Below, piece by piece: positions 22,931 through 37,700 of a DNA stretch of 45,689 bases (position 1 is the first letter of the stretch; each line of letters begins with the position of its first letter). The DNA lies in contig JAUCBJ010001333.1 in NCBI GenBank assembly GCA_032718475.1, positions 1 to 45,689 of the forward strand. The letters are read 5' to 3'. Both the position numbers and the translations under genes were made by a program. The notes beneath the pieces were generated by a model. It did no database searches, was not told the origin of the DNA, and was given only the letters and a program-made list of their open reading frames with translations. Source of the DNA: Nemertoderma westbladi (lineage: Eukaryota > Animalia > Xenacoelomorpha).

Positions 22931-24412
22931 GCGGGAAGGTTCAAACTTTAAAGGCAATTTATCTCGGAATGGAATTTTTTCATTCCTGCGAAATTAAAAA
23001 TGTTACTCTTCTGCCAACTTTTAATATTTTTTGATGAAATTTGGACACAGTAATCACAAGCTTGGTTTGGTGTCTTCAAACGTATTGGACAGAATCTCAA
23101 AATTTTGATCCTAACTCATTTTACTGGCTTCGAAATATGGAAAATTCTAATTTTTTGAAAAAAAAAATTAAAATAATTAATTAATTTGGTAATAAAATGT
23201 GAAATAATCAATATCATAAAAATTTTACCAATAATTTTATTCAACACTATATCCTAATTATGTATACGAAATAACTAGTTATATAACTAATGTTTGTTCG
23301 AAGAGTGTTTTTTAGTGTTTGCCAGGGGTTACTCGCTTTACTGTATATATTGTTATCGTAATAAATTGATGTTTTTATCCTTTGTTCCAATCAAATTTAC
23401 TTTCAACTACCCCTGGTTGTTGCTAGGGAAATGGTACTTTGTTGCGATGAAAACTTTTTCCCTGTTTAAATTGTTATACTAATCAAGTTATTATCAACGG
23501 GATTGTTTCTTTATGGCGAGTTTAATAATAGATGAGACCAAATTCACCCGGTTGATATTAAAATGTCACCAATGTAGCTAGGGAACTAGTCAATTATTTT
23601 ACTACACAGGGTCAGTTTAATCTACCTACTGTATAGTGACATTTTTCTGCTTTTGTCCTGTAATTAACGACTTATCCGTGTTTTAGTCTTAAGCGACGAT
23701 ACGAAGATGAATTCGGTATAAACTCTTACTACATACAGCACCCTCTACCGCTGTAGAGATAAACATTAAAGTATGATTTGTGAATTCTCTAATTGACGAT
23801 AGATGGCGAGCTATTATCGCCTAGCAACATAATATACAATTTATAATACATATGTATTTCAAACTGTAGGCTTATGTCAATAACCAAACCTAGGCAATGC
23901 ATACTGTAATGTATTAATTAAGATTATAAAATTTTGAAAGAATCAGTTTTTGCACGTTTATTTACCTTTAGGAATAAATTAATAAACGATATGTGCGGAA
24001 TATATAAACGTTTTTATTTTCATTTAATCTGTTAATAATACGTTATTTATTGGGTCTCAACAGTACGTAGTTACCGTTACTGTAAATAGGCCTATACTAT
24101 AAAATGTGATACTGCATCCCATAGCCTAGTCAAAATAGGCCCAGTCCAGTCTTAGATAAATTGCAACACACTGTACTAGTAGTTTTTCGTAGTTTTTCTA
24201 GTTTTAACGGTAGTTGTTATATTTATTAGTTATTTAGGTTATATTTAACACCCTATCCCAAATCACCCCATAATTCGGATTGTAAACACACCATGGCAAC
24301 ATAATAGTCTGACAACGATAATCTATCTTTGACCTAGCCCCCATAGACCCCCCCCCCCCCCACCCCCCCCCTCCCCCCCCTTGACTCACTAGAGAATACG
24401 TTTTTAAACACG

Positions 24413-24425
24413 GTTACCGGGCAAC
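24413..24425. promoter_or_regulatory. RFX X-box upstream of HYDIN
   Basis: GTTACCGGGCAAC fits GTNRCC-N(0-3)-RGYAAC. Weaker matches lie at 22417, 23419, 23816 and 24289. Confidence 0.5.
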
Positions 24426-25041
24426 TGCCATTATTAATTTAAATGGCGCCACTGCTAAAAATCAATGCTTATTGTAAGCATTATTTCAAATTGTATTATA
24501 AAGTAAATTTGAACAATCCGATTGTGGCCTGTTTTGGGAATGTTGTTAATCATAAAATGTTGGCTAATAAAAAGTTATTTCAGTACTGTGAGTGTCTTAC
24601 TTTAAGTCTTATTTGGTTCTATTGAAAAATATCGTGAGTAAAAGTATCGCGAATTTAAAAAAACATAGCGAGTAAAAATTATGCGAATTCAATAATCGAG
24701 AGCAAAAATATTGCCAGCATATTTTAAGCTGTCTCTCAACCAAATTTATTTTTATTTTCATAATATGTATCAATTGTAAGGAAGGGTCACTTTTTAATCT
24801 TAACAATAAAATGCAAAAAAATAATATATTGTAATAAGTTTTTTTCATTATACAGTAACAATTACATTTTAATTTCTTTCATTATAAATGTTATGTTTGT
24901 TTTGAATATTGAATTAGAACCCCTGGTAATAATCGCTTATGTACTGATATATATCACGACTTGCATATTGAAAACATTCTAAATTTCTACTGGCAATATT
25001 TAACTCGCGATTTTATTTAACTGTGATCATCACCTAAACTA

Positions 25042-25278
25042 GGCTGGGTGCAATCTTCGTCCAATAAGATTTGTGTTAGTAACCTTTTTAGTACAGTAAT
25101 AAATAAATTGAGGGATAGGAGCAGGTTACAGAGACGACTTTTTCTAACCAAAACAATAATTGTTTATTGGGCGAAGGTTGCTCGCGGGCGAAGATTGCCT
25201 GCGGGCGAAGGTTTCCGCCGGGCGATAGTTACTCATTTTGAGGGCGAAGATTGCTCCGGGCGAAGTTTGCTGCGTACC
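25042..25278. mobile_element. Mutator-like MITE with a 9-bp TSD
   Basis: cctaaacta at 25033-25041 and 25279-25287, GG...CC termini, six gggcgaag-like subterminal repeats, and one inverted copy at the left end. Confidence 0.7.
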
Positions 25279-25702
25279 CCTAAACTATAGATACGACCCG
25301 CCAAGCTGCTGCAAATCCCTTAAATTTAGTTATTTCTCTTAGATAGAACCCCTGAAACAATAGGTCTAGCTCGTCGAAAGTACTTGGCCCTAAATAAAAT
25401 AATGTCCTCTTTCAGATGATACAAATAAAAATGTAATAATAGCTCCAGTAGTTTTTGAGATATTAAGAATTTCTGGCACCCATATTTTTTCCTCACGATA
25501 TTTTTACTCGCGATATTGTTACACAATTACCACGTATTTCTGTACTGTCGGCATCTTGGTAGGTTATATATTGTCATTAATCAACCTAATTATATTATAA
25601 TCAAATAATATTTATATTCATTTACCGTTATTCTTGATTTATTCATAAATTATATACTTAATGATGGAGTGAAAAACTTGATTTTAAGCACAAAACGTGA
25701 CA

Positions 25703-28700
25703 ATGATTAACGTGCGAGTGAACAGCCCTCCCAGAGGCCCACTCACAGAGAGATCTCAAATTCCTAAACATCCCGCTATACAGGATGGGGTGAGAGCCAA
25801 GAGTGGAAATCCGGCTGGCACACGGATGAAAAGGAATAAGGCCCCGCGCAATCCTAGATTAGTAAACCCCGCGAAGTTGGAAGGTTTATCGGAAGTCAAA
25901 CTCAAACCATCGGTATACATGCAGAGGCAACTAATGACCACTGAACAACTACTCAATTCAACTGTTGAGGTGCAAGTCACTAAAATTATTCAACTCTTGG
26001 ATATTGGTCAAAAATCCTTTCAAAAATTGTGTTCATTACCTCTTGAGAGTTGCCTCTTTCAACCATTCCCGTCTGAGGTGACATTCCAGCACTGCCAACC
26101 TTGTCAACCATACCAGGTCGGGTTGCAGCTACGCAATATGGACCACGTTCCAAGATTAGTTAAAGTCAATTGTGAAGATTCGTCTTATTTCAAGATCGTT
26201 AGACCTCCTCATGCCGGAGATAAGGTAGCTCCAGGAATGGCTGTCACTTATAAAATTGTCTTTATAGGCGATGAATCCAAAGACTACTATTATGAAGTTG
26301 AAGTTTTTACTGAACGTGAACTTTTTATTGTACCAGTTCGAGTAATTGGCCCCCGAGCGATACTAGACTTTCCTGATGATGTTGATATGTTAATGTGCCC
26401 TGTGAAACACACAACAACCAGAACATTGCTGATACGAAACTTGGGAAACAGGGAAGCCAGGTTTAATGTCGAGTCGCATTTACCTTTTCAGGTTGAGCCA
26501 GCCTCTGCTACTCTAGATGTTGGGCACTGTATGCAGGTAAACGTTGCTTTCCATCCTCTCAACACTGGCGAACATACCACTTATATCATTGTCCATTATG
26601 ACACTGGTGAAGATGTATACATGAAGGTTTTTGCTTCAGCCAGTGATGCTAATATCCGCATAGATAAGTCGACAATTCATATGCCTAAAACATATATTGG
26701 TTTGAGAAGTGAAAGATTTTTCAGCATCTCCAATAGAAGTGATATTATTGTAAACTTTCAATGGAAGCGTTATGAAACAGAAGCTGAGGAAGATGCTGAG
26801 ATAAATCAAGTTGTGAGTAGTTTACACAAAGCTTTAAGCAGGGATAATCTTGACTCCGAAAACGAAGAAGACAAGCTTTTTACGGAAAGGCAACGTATAA
26901 AACAATTAACTCCAAGTAAGGATGATTTCGCCTTTCTGGACAATGAGTATTCTATCACTCCTATCAATGGTGAGATATGGCCTGGCCAATCTGCTGAATG
27001 TAGCATTGTATTTCAACCAGAGGTGGTTGTTGAATCAAATCTTGCCGCTTGGTTGGATGTGTCAGGCGTGGAGAAGAGACTAGGTGTCAAGATATATGGT
27101 GAGGGTGTCGGTCCATGGTGTGAGTTGAGTTATGATGAATTGGATGTTGGTTATGTGTTTATGAATTCATCTTCTTCTTATGAGATTATCCTAAAAAATC
27201 GAGGTCAGATAGATGCGTATTATAGAATTCTATCTGACAACTCATTCTGTCAGTTTTCTCCTGAGGAGAATCCAGTTAATGCCGGAGGGTATCAGGCAAT
27301 TCAATTAATGGTTTGCTCTCCAGTAATTGGCGTCTTTAAAGAAGAATTTTTCTTCGAAATAAACGACAGTCCTGACAAACTGAGATTATCTGTTACAGGG
27401 ACAATCGCTGGGCCTACATTTAATTTTGATGTCAGTGAAATCAATTTTGGAAACGTTGCTTTTGGATTTCCACAAACTAAGGTTTTTGAACTTACAAATA
27501 CATCGTATATTCCAATGAATTTTGAGCTAAGAGTCCCTACAGATGGTAGTGATGTTGTGGCTGTTGAAGCAGAAAGTGATGAGGCAGTTTGGAATTATAA
27601 TATAGACCCATTCACTAAACCGAAAGAGTTTACCATTATTCCAGATAGTGGAACTTTAGCCCCAATGGATTCGTGCCCAGTTACTATAACTATGTTGAGC
27701 AATACGGCAAAAAAATATGTGAATGACACACTAGTTGTCAGAATTGTTGATATGGCACAAGACGTTGCCTTGCTGCCTATTAAATGTCGTTGTTATGTCC
27801 CAGAATTATATATTACAAACCCAATTATAGAATATGGGAAATGTTTTATGCATTCTCCAACTGCGGGATTTCTTACCATTACTAACCCAACCGAATTTCC
27901 TGCTAAATACAACTTAATTGAGCAAAGCCATATGGAGTCATCAATGATTCTTTACGAATCTTCCGCCCCAAGTGGTATTATTGCAGCAAATTCCTCCTTT
28001 GATCTTCCAATTACAATTAGAGCACAATTGAAGGACCACCTACAGGTTGGGGCATATTTGTCTACATTTGGTTCACCAGATCGACCAATGCAAGTTATCC
28101 TTAGGGCATTTGGTCTAGGTCCCGTCGTGTTTGTAGCATCAAATGAATTGGATTATGGTACTATTCCTGTGCTCACAGAAGCCATCAAACGAGTAACCCT
28201 TGAGAACGAATCACCCATAGCTGCTACCTATACCTGTTTTTTAATGCAAAGCACAAATTCCGTGTTTTCAGTGTATCCTGCCCAAGGAATATTACATCCC
28301 AAGTCAACCCTGCAGATAAACGTTGTTTGTTTTATTAATGACGACATTAAATGCAAAGATCAATTAAAAATAGTGTTTGTGGATGGGTTAACCCATGTTA
28401 TCCCATTGTATGCAAAAGGAATTGGGACCACTATTGAGATCACCCCGAAGTTAGTCCCTTCTTATGACTTGGGGCCCCAATTCAGTACTTTACCAATTAA
28501 AAATGAACTACTTATAAAGAATTCTGGCAGAAGAGCGCAATGTCTTATATTCAAAACTAAAGGATATTCATTATCTAAGACTTCGCAAGTGACTATGGAC
28601 CCATTTGATATTAAGAAATCTGAAAGTGGTGTTTCTTTATCACCAACATTTGCTATAAACCCATGCCGCATAGAATTACAACCAGGGGAATCGATTACTG

Positions 28701-31700
28701 CTTACCTTGAGGGGTATTGTAAAGAACTAAAGTGCGTCAAGGAAACAATAACCTGTGATACAATTTTTGAAGGTAAAGGGCCCAAAAAAACAATCATGAA
28801 TATAGATGTTTTAGCTGAATTTGTTGAACCATGCGTGCAACTGTCGCATCAGTTTATTAATTTTCGAATTGATTGCTGTTTAGGTGAGGTTCCACAATTG
28901 CAAACAATGTCCCTTGCCATCACTAACATTACCCCACTGCCCCTGCATATGACACTAGATATATGTCATCCATTTTATTTTAAAGTTGATAAGGATTTAG
29001 TGAATATTGTTAATGTTTCTGCTGATCCAGCAAACTTTGCTAGTGTTTGTGTTGCATTTGATTCAGATTATGTTCAGGACAGACATTGTCGAATTGCGAA
29101 AGGTTTGCTAACTATAAAGTACAGAGGTAATCCTACAATTCATACAATTGATGTTACTGGCGAAGTCAATTTTCCTAATATCGAGTTTTCTACAAAAAGT
29201 ATTGATTTTGGTAGCATTCTTAATAATACGGAGTCTACTGCCGTTCTAAGAATGACAAATAATTCTCCTGTAGATGTCAAGTTTGCATGGACGTTTTTAG
29301 ATCCGGTGAAAATTAGTTACTTTCAAAAGCCTCAAAACCTGATGGATACTGATAACATGGATACCATTGACCATGGAGTAAGCAGTGGTGATAATTTTGT
29401 TGATATCGATACTGTGGACAATTGTGATGTAGAACCAGAACTTCAGGTAGAAGAAAATCTTGCAGAAGAAATAAGAGTGTATGGAGGTAATGATGGGGGC
29501 CTTAATTTGGGTATTCCTATTGAGGAAATTGATGATAATTTATCTCAGAATGATAACATAGGTGTGAATTTTGAAGGTGATAATAATACTGGAGAAATTG
29601 CAAATGATTTTCTTGCAAATGATGGCAATTTGTTGAGTACTTCTGAGGAAAGAGAGAGTACAGCAATGCCACATGATAGTGATGAAATTATTGATTCTGA
29701 TCCACAGATAACCAACGTTCTTAATGTTGATGAAGTATTTGATATTTTACCAATGTTTGGTAGATTGGCTCCATCAGAAGCCATGACCTCTGTAGTCACC
29801 TTTTATGGTCACCCAGAAATCCAGGCAGAATCGACAGCTATTTGCAGTGTGGAGGGTGGTCCAGATTATAACATCACTCTATGTGGAACTGCTTCTAGCA
29901 TGGGATTTGAAATTGACCATTTTGAACACGATTTTGGCAAAGTAAGGTTTGATGAACAATGCTCTGCTGAATTTTTGATATTTAATAAAGGTAAAGTACC
30001 ATTACCTTTCAATGTTCTCACTCAAAACTTTGCTGAATCTGGAATAACAAATATTTTACCTAGCGTAGGGATTATTGATGTTGAGGCTAATGAGGTTGTG
30101 ATTAGAATAACACTAATACCTGGAATTCCTGAATACTTTCGCGTTACCATTAAACTTCAAGTTGCCCATTTTGAACCTTGTGAATTAATTATGTTTGGCA
30201 TTGGAACATTTCCTAATATTAAGTTAAACATTCCACGGCAGTATGACAGTGACAATGCAACTCTATGTGAACTGAAAAATAGTATATCTAAGAGATTTGA
30301 AGGTGACAAAGTTGTGAAAAATAGTATTAAAGGAGCTTTAGATAATTTGCTTATGCCAGGGATTAAAGAATCTTGTGTTGTTGAAGATCCCCCATATAGT
30401 TTACATGATGAAGTTGAAAATCTTTTAGTGAAACAATATGCAGAAAATCCAGAACATACTTCCCTCAGTGAAGTTGTATTTCCTGATTATATTATAGAAT
30501 TTGGGTATGTCATACTTGGAGATGTTAAGTCGCAATTAGTTACATTACAAAATGACGGTTATTTACCTGTGTCGTTTTCAACTGATAAATCAGCATTGGA
30601 ATCAAGTGGATTTACTGCCAACATTAGCCGTGTTAAGGGTTTGCCCGGATTCCCATCTTGTGGCACCCATGAATTTATTGTGAAATTTGACCCTCGTTGT
30701 GCTAACCTTCAGGAAGGCTATGTGGAAGTGTCTATGTTGTTTAACCTTACTAATGGCCCCACAATACGATTAATTATGAAAGCAACTGTTACATCCCCAT
30801 GTTTAAGTATAGCACAACCTTACTCAGACTTTGGTTCTGTTCTATGTGGACAGTGTAAAATTGTGACTATGCAGTTATGCAATAATGAATCGGTTGCATG
30901 TGAATGGGAGGTTATCTATCCCCCTGGTCCCCGCATAAAGATTGATAAACATTTACCAATGCACTTGAAACCAAAACAAAAACCGTTTAAGCTTAATATG
31001 AAGACTTTTGAGCTATTGCCAAGTAAAGGAGTTATTTTTCCTGGTGCAAAAATGAATGTGCAAATTAAATTTATGCCAACTGAAGAAAAAGTTTATGATG
31101 TGAAATTACCTATCAGAGTTGATTGCAGTGCCCAGATTGTTGGTATACGACTTAGTGGGACAGGTATTGAACCAAAACTCATATTTTCTTCAACTAATTT
31201 AACATTTGGCCCTGTTCTCCCATTTTCTGAGGGACAATATTTAAGTATTTCTGTCAAAAATCCCACAGCTCATCCAATCGAGTTTTATTCTCTTGAATTT
31301 GATAAGCAGTACTTAGAAGAAGAAAAAATATTGCGAATGATGACTGGTTATGACTCATACAATAACATTATCTTGCCACCACGAGTTCCTGGTGAGTCTT
31401 TGCCATCAGAGCTGTTAGAATTTTTTATGCTATTCAAACAAAAACAAGCAGAACTAAGTAAGGTGCAAGAATGGAAAGATCGCTCTGCCAGTGCACTGGC
31501 AGACAGTTCAGTCCATGATGATAGAACTCTTTCTGCCACATCTAGTAGTAAAAGTTCTAAGGAAATAATGGCACGGGGTTCTGGTAGGAAAATATCTCCT
31601 GCTCCTCCTACTGTCTCATACCCTCAAACTGAACAACAACCTACAACTATAGAAAGAATTGAAGCTTCTGAATTAGAGTATGTTCCTGCAGTACTTGAAG

Positions 31701-34700
31701 AAGATGCTGAGAAGGAAATTCCTGCTGAGGTTGGATATGCAACTCCCTTGTCTGGTGACAAATTACAAAGTCGTGACACAAACACCAAAGAAAATGGTGT
31801 AAGGGCACCTGAGGTTTCTATACCTGGGACTGGCAGAGAAAGTGCTATTGACAAAGTCACAGGCATTGGACAGTTGGAAATGACCCCTGTTTCGGCTTCC
31901 ATTGCCAAATACTTGGGAATTGATTTGTCACCAGAAGGTAAGGCAGCTGAGCTCAGACGAGGCGTAGCCATTATTGTTAATGGAGGCCCACTATCGGGGA
32001 AAACACAAATGTCTGTTGAGCTCGGGAAGCGCTACTCAGCTAATGTTCTTACTATAGATGATATTATTTTAGAAGCCATTATATCTAAATATGAAACTCC
32101 AAGTGGCAGCCAGGCACTTGAAATATGTGCTGCTGCTGCAACACAATATAAGGGAGAACAAGATGCAGAGGCTCTTGCTGATGTAATAAATGACACTGCT
32201 GATATGCATCTTCCAGCAACCAAACAACTTAAAGGTGCAGCTGAGGTCCATTATGAACAGCCATCAAAGCAGCATAAGATGGTTACTGAAATTCAGAATG
32301 TTGAGAAACATAAGGATACATCCCGTATTCAAACACCTGTTGAAGTTCCTCAACTACCACCTTTGCCATTTGGTAAAATAATTGAATTTGATGACCCCAA
32401 AGTCGCTAAAGATGGGCTCCGAACTACCCACCTTCCTGAACATGTAATTGTCCAGATTTTGGCAGAAAGATTTCAGGCAGCTGATTGTTTTAATGGCATT
32501 ATTATTGATGGCCTTAAATCATGGTTTTGTCCTACAATTTCAACGTCGGCTATGTATATTTTAAAAGCATTTAACAATCGAAAATATTTGTATATAGTGT
32601 CTTTGAAAAGGGATTTTGAATCTTTACAGGCTTATGAAAATAACAAAAAACGTGAAGCAGAATTAGCAGATATTGAATATGAAAGACTAACTCGTCAAGC
32701 TATACATGATCTATCTGAAGATTGTTATGATAATCTTACAGATGACCAAAAGTCCATTATAGATAACAAACAACTTGCAATAAACAAAGAAAGATTACGC
32801 CTAGAGCATGAGAAGCTAGAGAGGGAGAAAAAACAAAGAGAATTAGAAGCACTGATTAAAGCTCAAAAACTGGAAGAGGAAAGACTGGCAAAGAAACGAG
32901 GCAAAAAGGTTGCTTTATCTAGTAAGCCTCGTGGTACTGGTGAAGAAGCTATTGCTGAGCAAAGGAAAGGAAAGCATGATGATGATCATGAGAACATTAA
33001 GAGGAAAAAGGGCAACAAAACATTTACAACTGATGTCGTTGAAGAAGTTGAAGAACCGCAGCTTACAGAATCTGAAATACACTTACATCAACTCTATAAG
33101 GAGTTTAATACAGGTTTTAAAGAAATAATGAAAGTTTCTGATCGCTGGAATAGGGTAGAGTTGTCTGTTAACCGACCATTGACTCCAGTCGAGTACAGAC
33201 AGCCGGATGATACTAATAAATTTTCAAAGAAAAAAGGAAAGGTAAAGGGTAAGGCTGTTGAACATGATATTGACAAAGGCAAGGACAGTAAAGAACTTAA
33301 GGATAGTTTGCCAATAGATAATCCAACAGAGACTCCTACAGACGGTGAAAGACCTGATGATGGTGATGGTTTTGTAAACATTGGGATTCCACATATAGTA
33401 GTTAACATGAATAATTCATGTGCAGATATAATTTCTAAATTCTTTGAAACCAATCTGCTGCCTGATTCTGATGAAGTTTTGGAGGGCTTGGGATTAGGTC
33501 CCGATGGCCCACCAGTACCCCCTCCAGCAACTTTCAGTATGGTCCCATTTCCTGTGAAACGTACAATGTCAGACATTGCTGAAAGTAGCAAGTTTACATT
33601 TGTTGCTGCACACAGTAATGATTTAAACATATATCCAGGAGCTAAACAGCCTCCTACTCCAGAACCAGAATTTGAAGAAAATCGTTCAGTAACAGCTACA
33701 CCTCCAAAGTCAAAAGGAAAACGTCAGGAAAAGCGTGCTCACTCTGTGACAAAGGATAAAAAACCACGGCGAAGTTCTTCCATTGTAACCAGTGCTTCTA
33801 AGAAAGAACCCGAGATTGATGAGCCGCCTGTGGAAATACATCAACGTGATATACATGATGGGAAGCCGAAGCCACTTCAATACTACAGGTGGATAGTTAA
33901 TGCTGATTCAGAAATTTCTCTTAAATTGCATTTCTCATCCATTGAAAGAGGCACATTTGATCAAACATATAATTTTGAATTAGTTGGAACAAGACGTAAA
34001 TATCAGTTGCATTCCAGGGGTATTTGTTCATTTCCAAATATCAGCACAGAACCAAGAGTGCTCTACCCTGCAAGGAAAAGAACACAAAAGGAAGGCGATA
34101 TAGTTAAAAAGAAATTTATTGGAGACACAAATACATTTGAGTTTGGGCCCTTAATAATCGGGAAGAGTCGAGATAAGTATATTGATGGTGTATTTCCAGA
34201 AAATGTGGCTAATTTGACAATATTTAACAACTCTCCTCTGCTTTCAGAGATTACATTTTGTTTCAAGAATGACACTAACTCAACAACTTTTATGTTACAT
34301 CCTGTAAGTATGTTAATTCCAAGTAATGAAAGAACGGAATTGAAAGTTTGGGCATATCCAAAAACGGTTGGTAGATTCACAGATGAAATTATAGGCTGCA
34401 TTCGTGATAACCCAGAACCAGTAGTCATTTCGATTTCTTGTGATGGTGTTCAGCCACGATTGGAATTGCCATCCAAGATTATAAACTTTGAAAAAGTTCT
34501 GATCCACAGACGAGAAACCAAGACTCTTATATTTCGGAATGTCACATTATTGCCAGTTGGTTGGAAATTAATTGGAGTGGATCAGATGCGTGATGAGTTT
34601 TCTTTAGATCATGAGCAGGGAGTGGTCGAACCTCTTTCAGATTTTACTCTGAATGCACATTATAGGTCTACCAAACCAGCCATTATAAAACGAAACTTGA

Positions 34701-37700
34701 AATTAGAGGTGTTTGATACTGAGAGAATTTTGGGTACAATTCAGACCGAAACGTTGCAGATAATTGGTGAGGCATATGATGTTTCTGTAGACATACAATT
34801 TAATAAGACACCAGATGGTTGTTTAGATTTTGGTACTATAAAAGTTGGAGATGAGGCGAAGAACACTCTTACTATAAAAAACAAGGGAAAATATGAAGTT
34901 ATGTATCATTTACATGTTATACCTGGTGGGAAGCAATGGCCCGATCTTCGCAAGGTTTTCAATGTGTCTCCTGCGAAAGCAACATTAAATCCAGCAGACA
35001 GGCCATTAACAATTACTATTAGTTTTCATTCAATAAATGAGCTTCTCTTTTCCAATGATCCCATTCTTCAATGCACTATAATAGAACCCAGCATAAATGG
35101 TGGTGTAGAAATAGCACGAATACCAATAAAAATTAGCGCCAAATCAGTCTTTAGTAAATATCAAATTAGTCCTCTAAGTGATATTAACTTTGGACCTGTT
35201 CAATTACATACAAAGTTACAAAAAACACTTACTATTGAGAACAAGGGGTGTTTCGAATTTAAATATTTGATTACCAGAGTTCAGAAAGAGGATATTCATA
35301 AGGATGACAAAAAACGAAACTTAAAGTCTGATACCACTAAAACCAAAAGCCAATCCAAATCAGCAACTGGCAAAACAAAACGATCTGAAACTGGAAGTCG
35401 TGCGGAGGGTCCAGGTCCGGTTCAAACTCGTCTTATTTTAGATACGTTTACCATTTACCCAGCTCATGGAACAGTGGTACCTGGAAATACCCAGCAGATA
35501 CAGATTGAATTCTCAGCTGATCAGTCTGGTGAATGTTTGGAGAACCTGATGATTGATATCCTAGATCGTGATCCCGCTGATAATGCGAAAGGCATTCCCT
35601 ACAAACTATTAGCTGAATCCTTTGTACCTGGAATCAATGTTTCTGATTATGGTTTGATATATGACGAGCATATGCTATGCACAAATTTCAGTGCTTGGAT
35701 AGCCAGCCAGTCTACTGCGCTGCAATCAAAGACTAATGATTTGAGTGATGCAGAAAATGTCTCCACTGTTTTTCTTCTAGAGGAAAATCGTTTCATGTTT
35801 ACAAATATTATAGTTGGATATTCTGCTACTGCTCGATTTCGCATATCAAACCCGTATAAAGTTCCTGTTGATGTGGCATTTGTTATAAAGAATCAAAATA
35901 TCCCAGGTATCAGAGAAGGGGCGAAGTCGTCTCGACAACAACAGGTCGCATCACAAGATGCTTTTGATTTGCAGCCTTCAAGAGCTAATATATCAGCACA
36001 TAGCCATATATATGTAACTGTGACCTTTTCACCTTCAATTATAATGAACTATAATGCTACTTTTGAAACAAGTATTGAAGGTATTTCCACCTCTTTGCAA
36101 AAATCACGAAATCTTACTTTCAACATATCTGGGGAAGGGAGCATGCCTAGAGTTAAGGTTGTTAACCCAACAACAAGGACTTCACAAAGTGCACCTCTCT
36201 TGAGGTACTCAAAACTTGCTATTGGTCGGAATGAATCGCATATTGTAACATTGGAAAATATTGGACAGTTACCTTCTAAAATATCCTTGGATATATTTGA
36301 TGAGGATTCAGCTTTTCGAATAATTTTGCCTGATACAATTCGCTCTTTAGAAACAAGCGTTAGTCAACATTGTGCCGTTTTCCAGTTATCAAGTGGAACT
36401 CAGATAACATTTAATGTCATTTTTGAACCCAAGAATGTTGGAAAATATCATGCTAAAATAAAGGTATCTGTTGAAGATAATTTCTTTGAGGATGTGGAGA
36501 TACTGTGTTTGGGAGATGCATTTGATGATGTTCTCCTTATTGAGGAAATACATCTTCCCATAAATTTTGCATTGCCACAAGAAAATGAAGATGTTTTAAA
36601 GATTACTTCAGACATAGAGGCACTCCCATCCAATTTTTTAAATTTTGGCATGGTGTATTTCAATTCAGTAATGCAAGCCACTTTTACCATTTCCAATACC
36701 TCTGATAAAAACTTTAAATTTTCTGCACCTTCATTATCATATTTGACTTTTTCTCCAAGTATTGGACATTTACATTCACATTGCAGGAAGGATATAACTG
36801 TAACTGTCAACTACAACAAACCCATAAACCTGAGATATGAAGCTATCCCCTTTGATTTTATTGAATTAGAATATGACCAGCCCTTGGACGAAGTTGAAGA
36901 CTGGGACGACAGAAAGTGTGTTGTGAAATGGATAGATATTGATGTGCCCGCTGAGCCTTCTGTAGCCAGTAAAACATCATCAAGGAAAAAAGTTGCAATT
37001 GAGAAACAAAAAGTGGATGTTTCGAATACTGCACTTGCTGTTAAGAGACCCACTAAAAGGAAGGTGTTGGAGATTGATCAAGAACCAAAACACAACACTG
37101 CTGAAGATACCCGAAGAGATTTGGATTTATCAATTTCCTTGCTTATGGATTACTGTAAATATAGACTGAGGGCTGAGTCCAGCATTCAGTTTAAAGATAC
37201 TCTCATGTTTATGACTCGAGTTTACGAGTTTGATATGGAGAATATTGGGTCAATGGTTATTGATTATACTTGGACAGTTGTATTAGACAAGTTAAAATAT
37301 AAACGTTGCGAAAGCAGTGCCGAGTCTATTAATACATTAACGCCGCGGACAGTGCAATTTAATCATCCCCCAATAACCCCAAGGCTGGAACCAATGTCAT
37401 CTAAGATTCAAACTCTGCCAACATCTCGAGCGCAATCGTCCTGTTCATCAGTAAAGGACCTTTCACTATGTCAAGATGAATACCCGATATCAGAAGAACA
37501 CATATCTGAAATACAATCTCCTTTTACCATTGAGCCCGAATATGGTTTTATTGGGCCTGGAAAGAAACAACGATTTAAGTTAATGTTCTCACCAGTTGAT
37601 GTTACTGAATATTCCGCACAGCTATTGTGTTCCATACCAAATCTTGAAGTTGGTGATCAGCAACCAATGATATCATTAAAAGCACTTTCCCTGTTACCGT

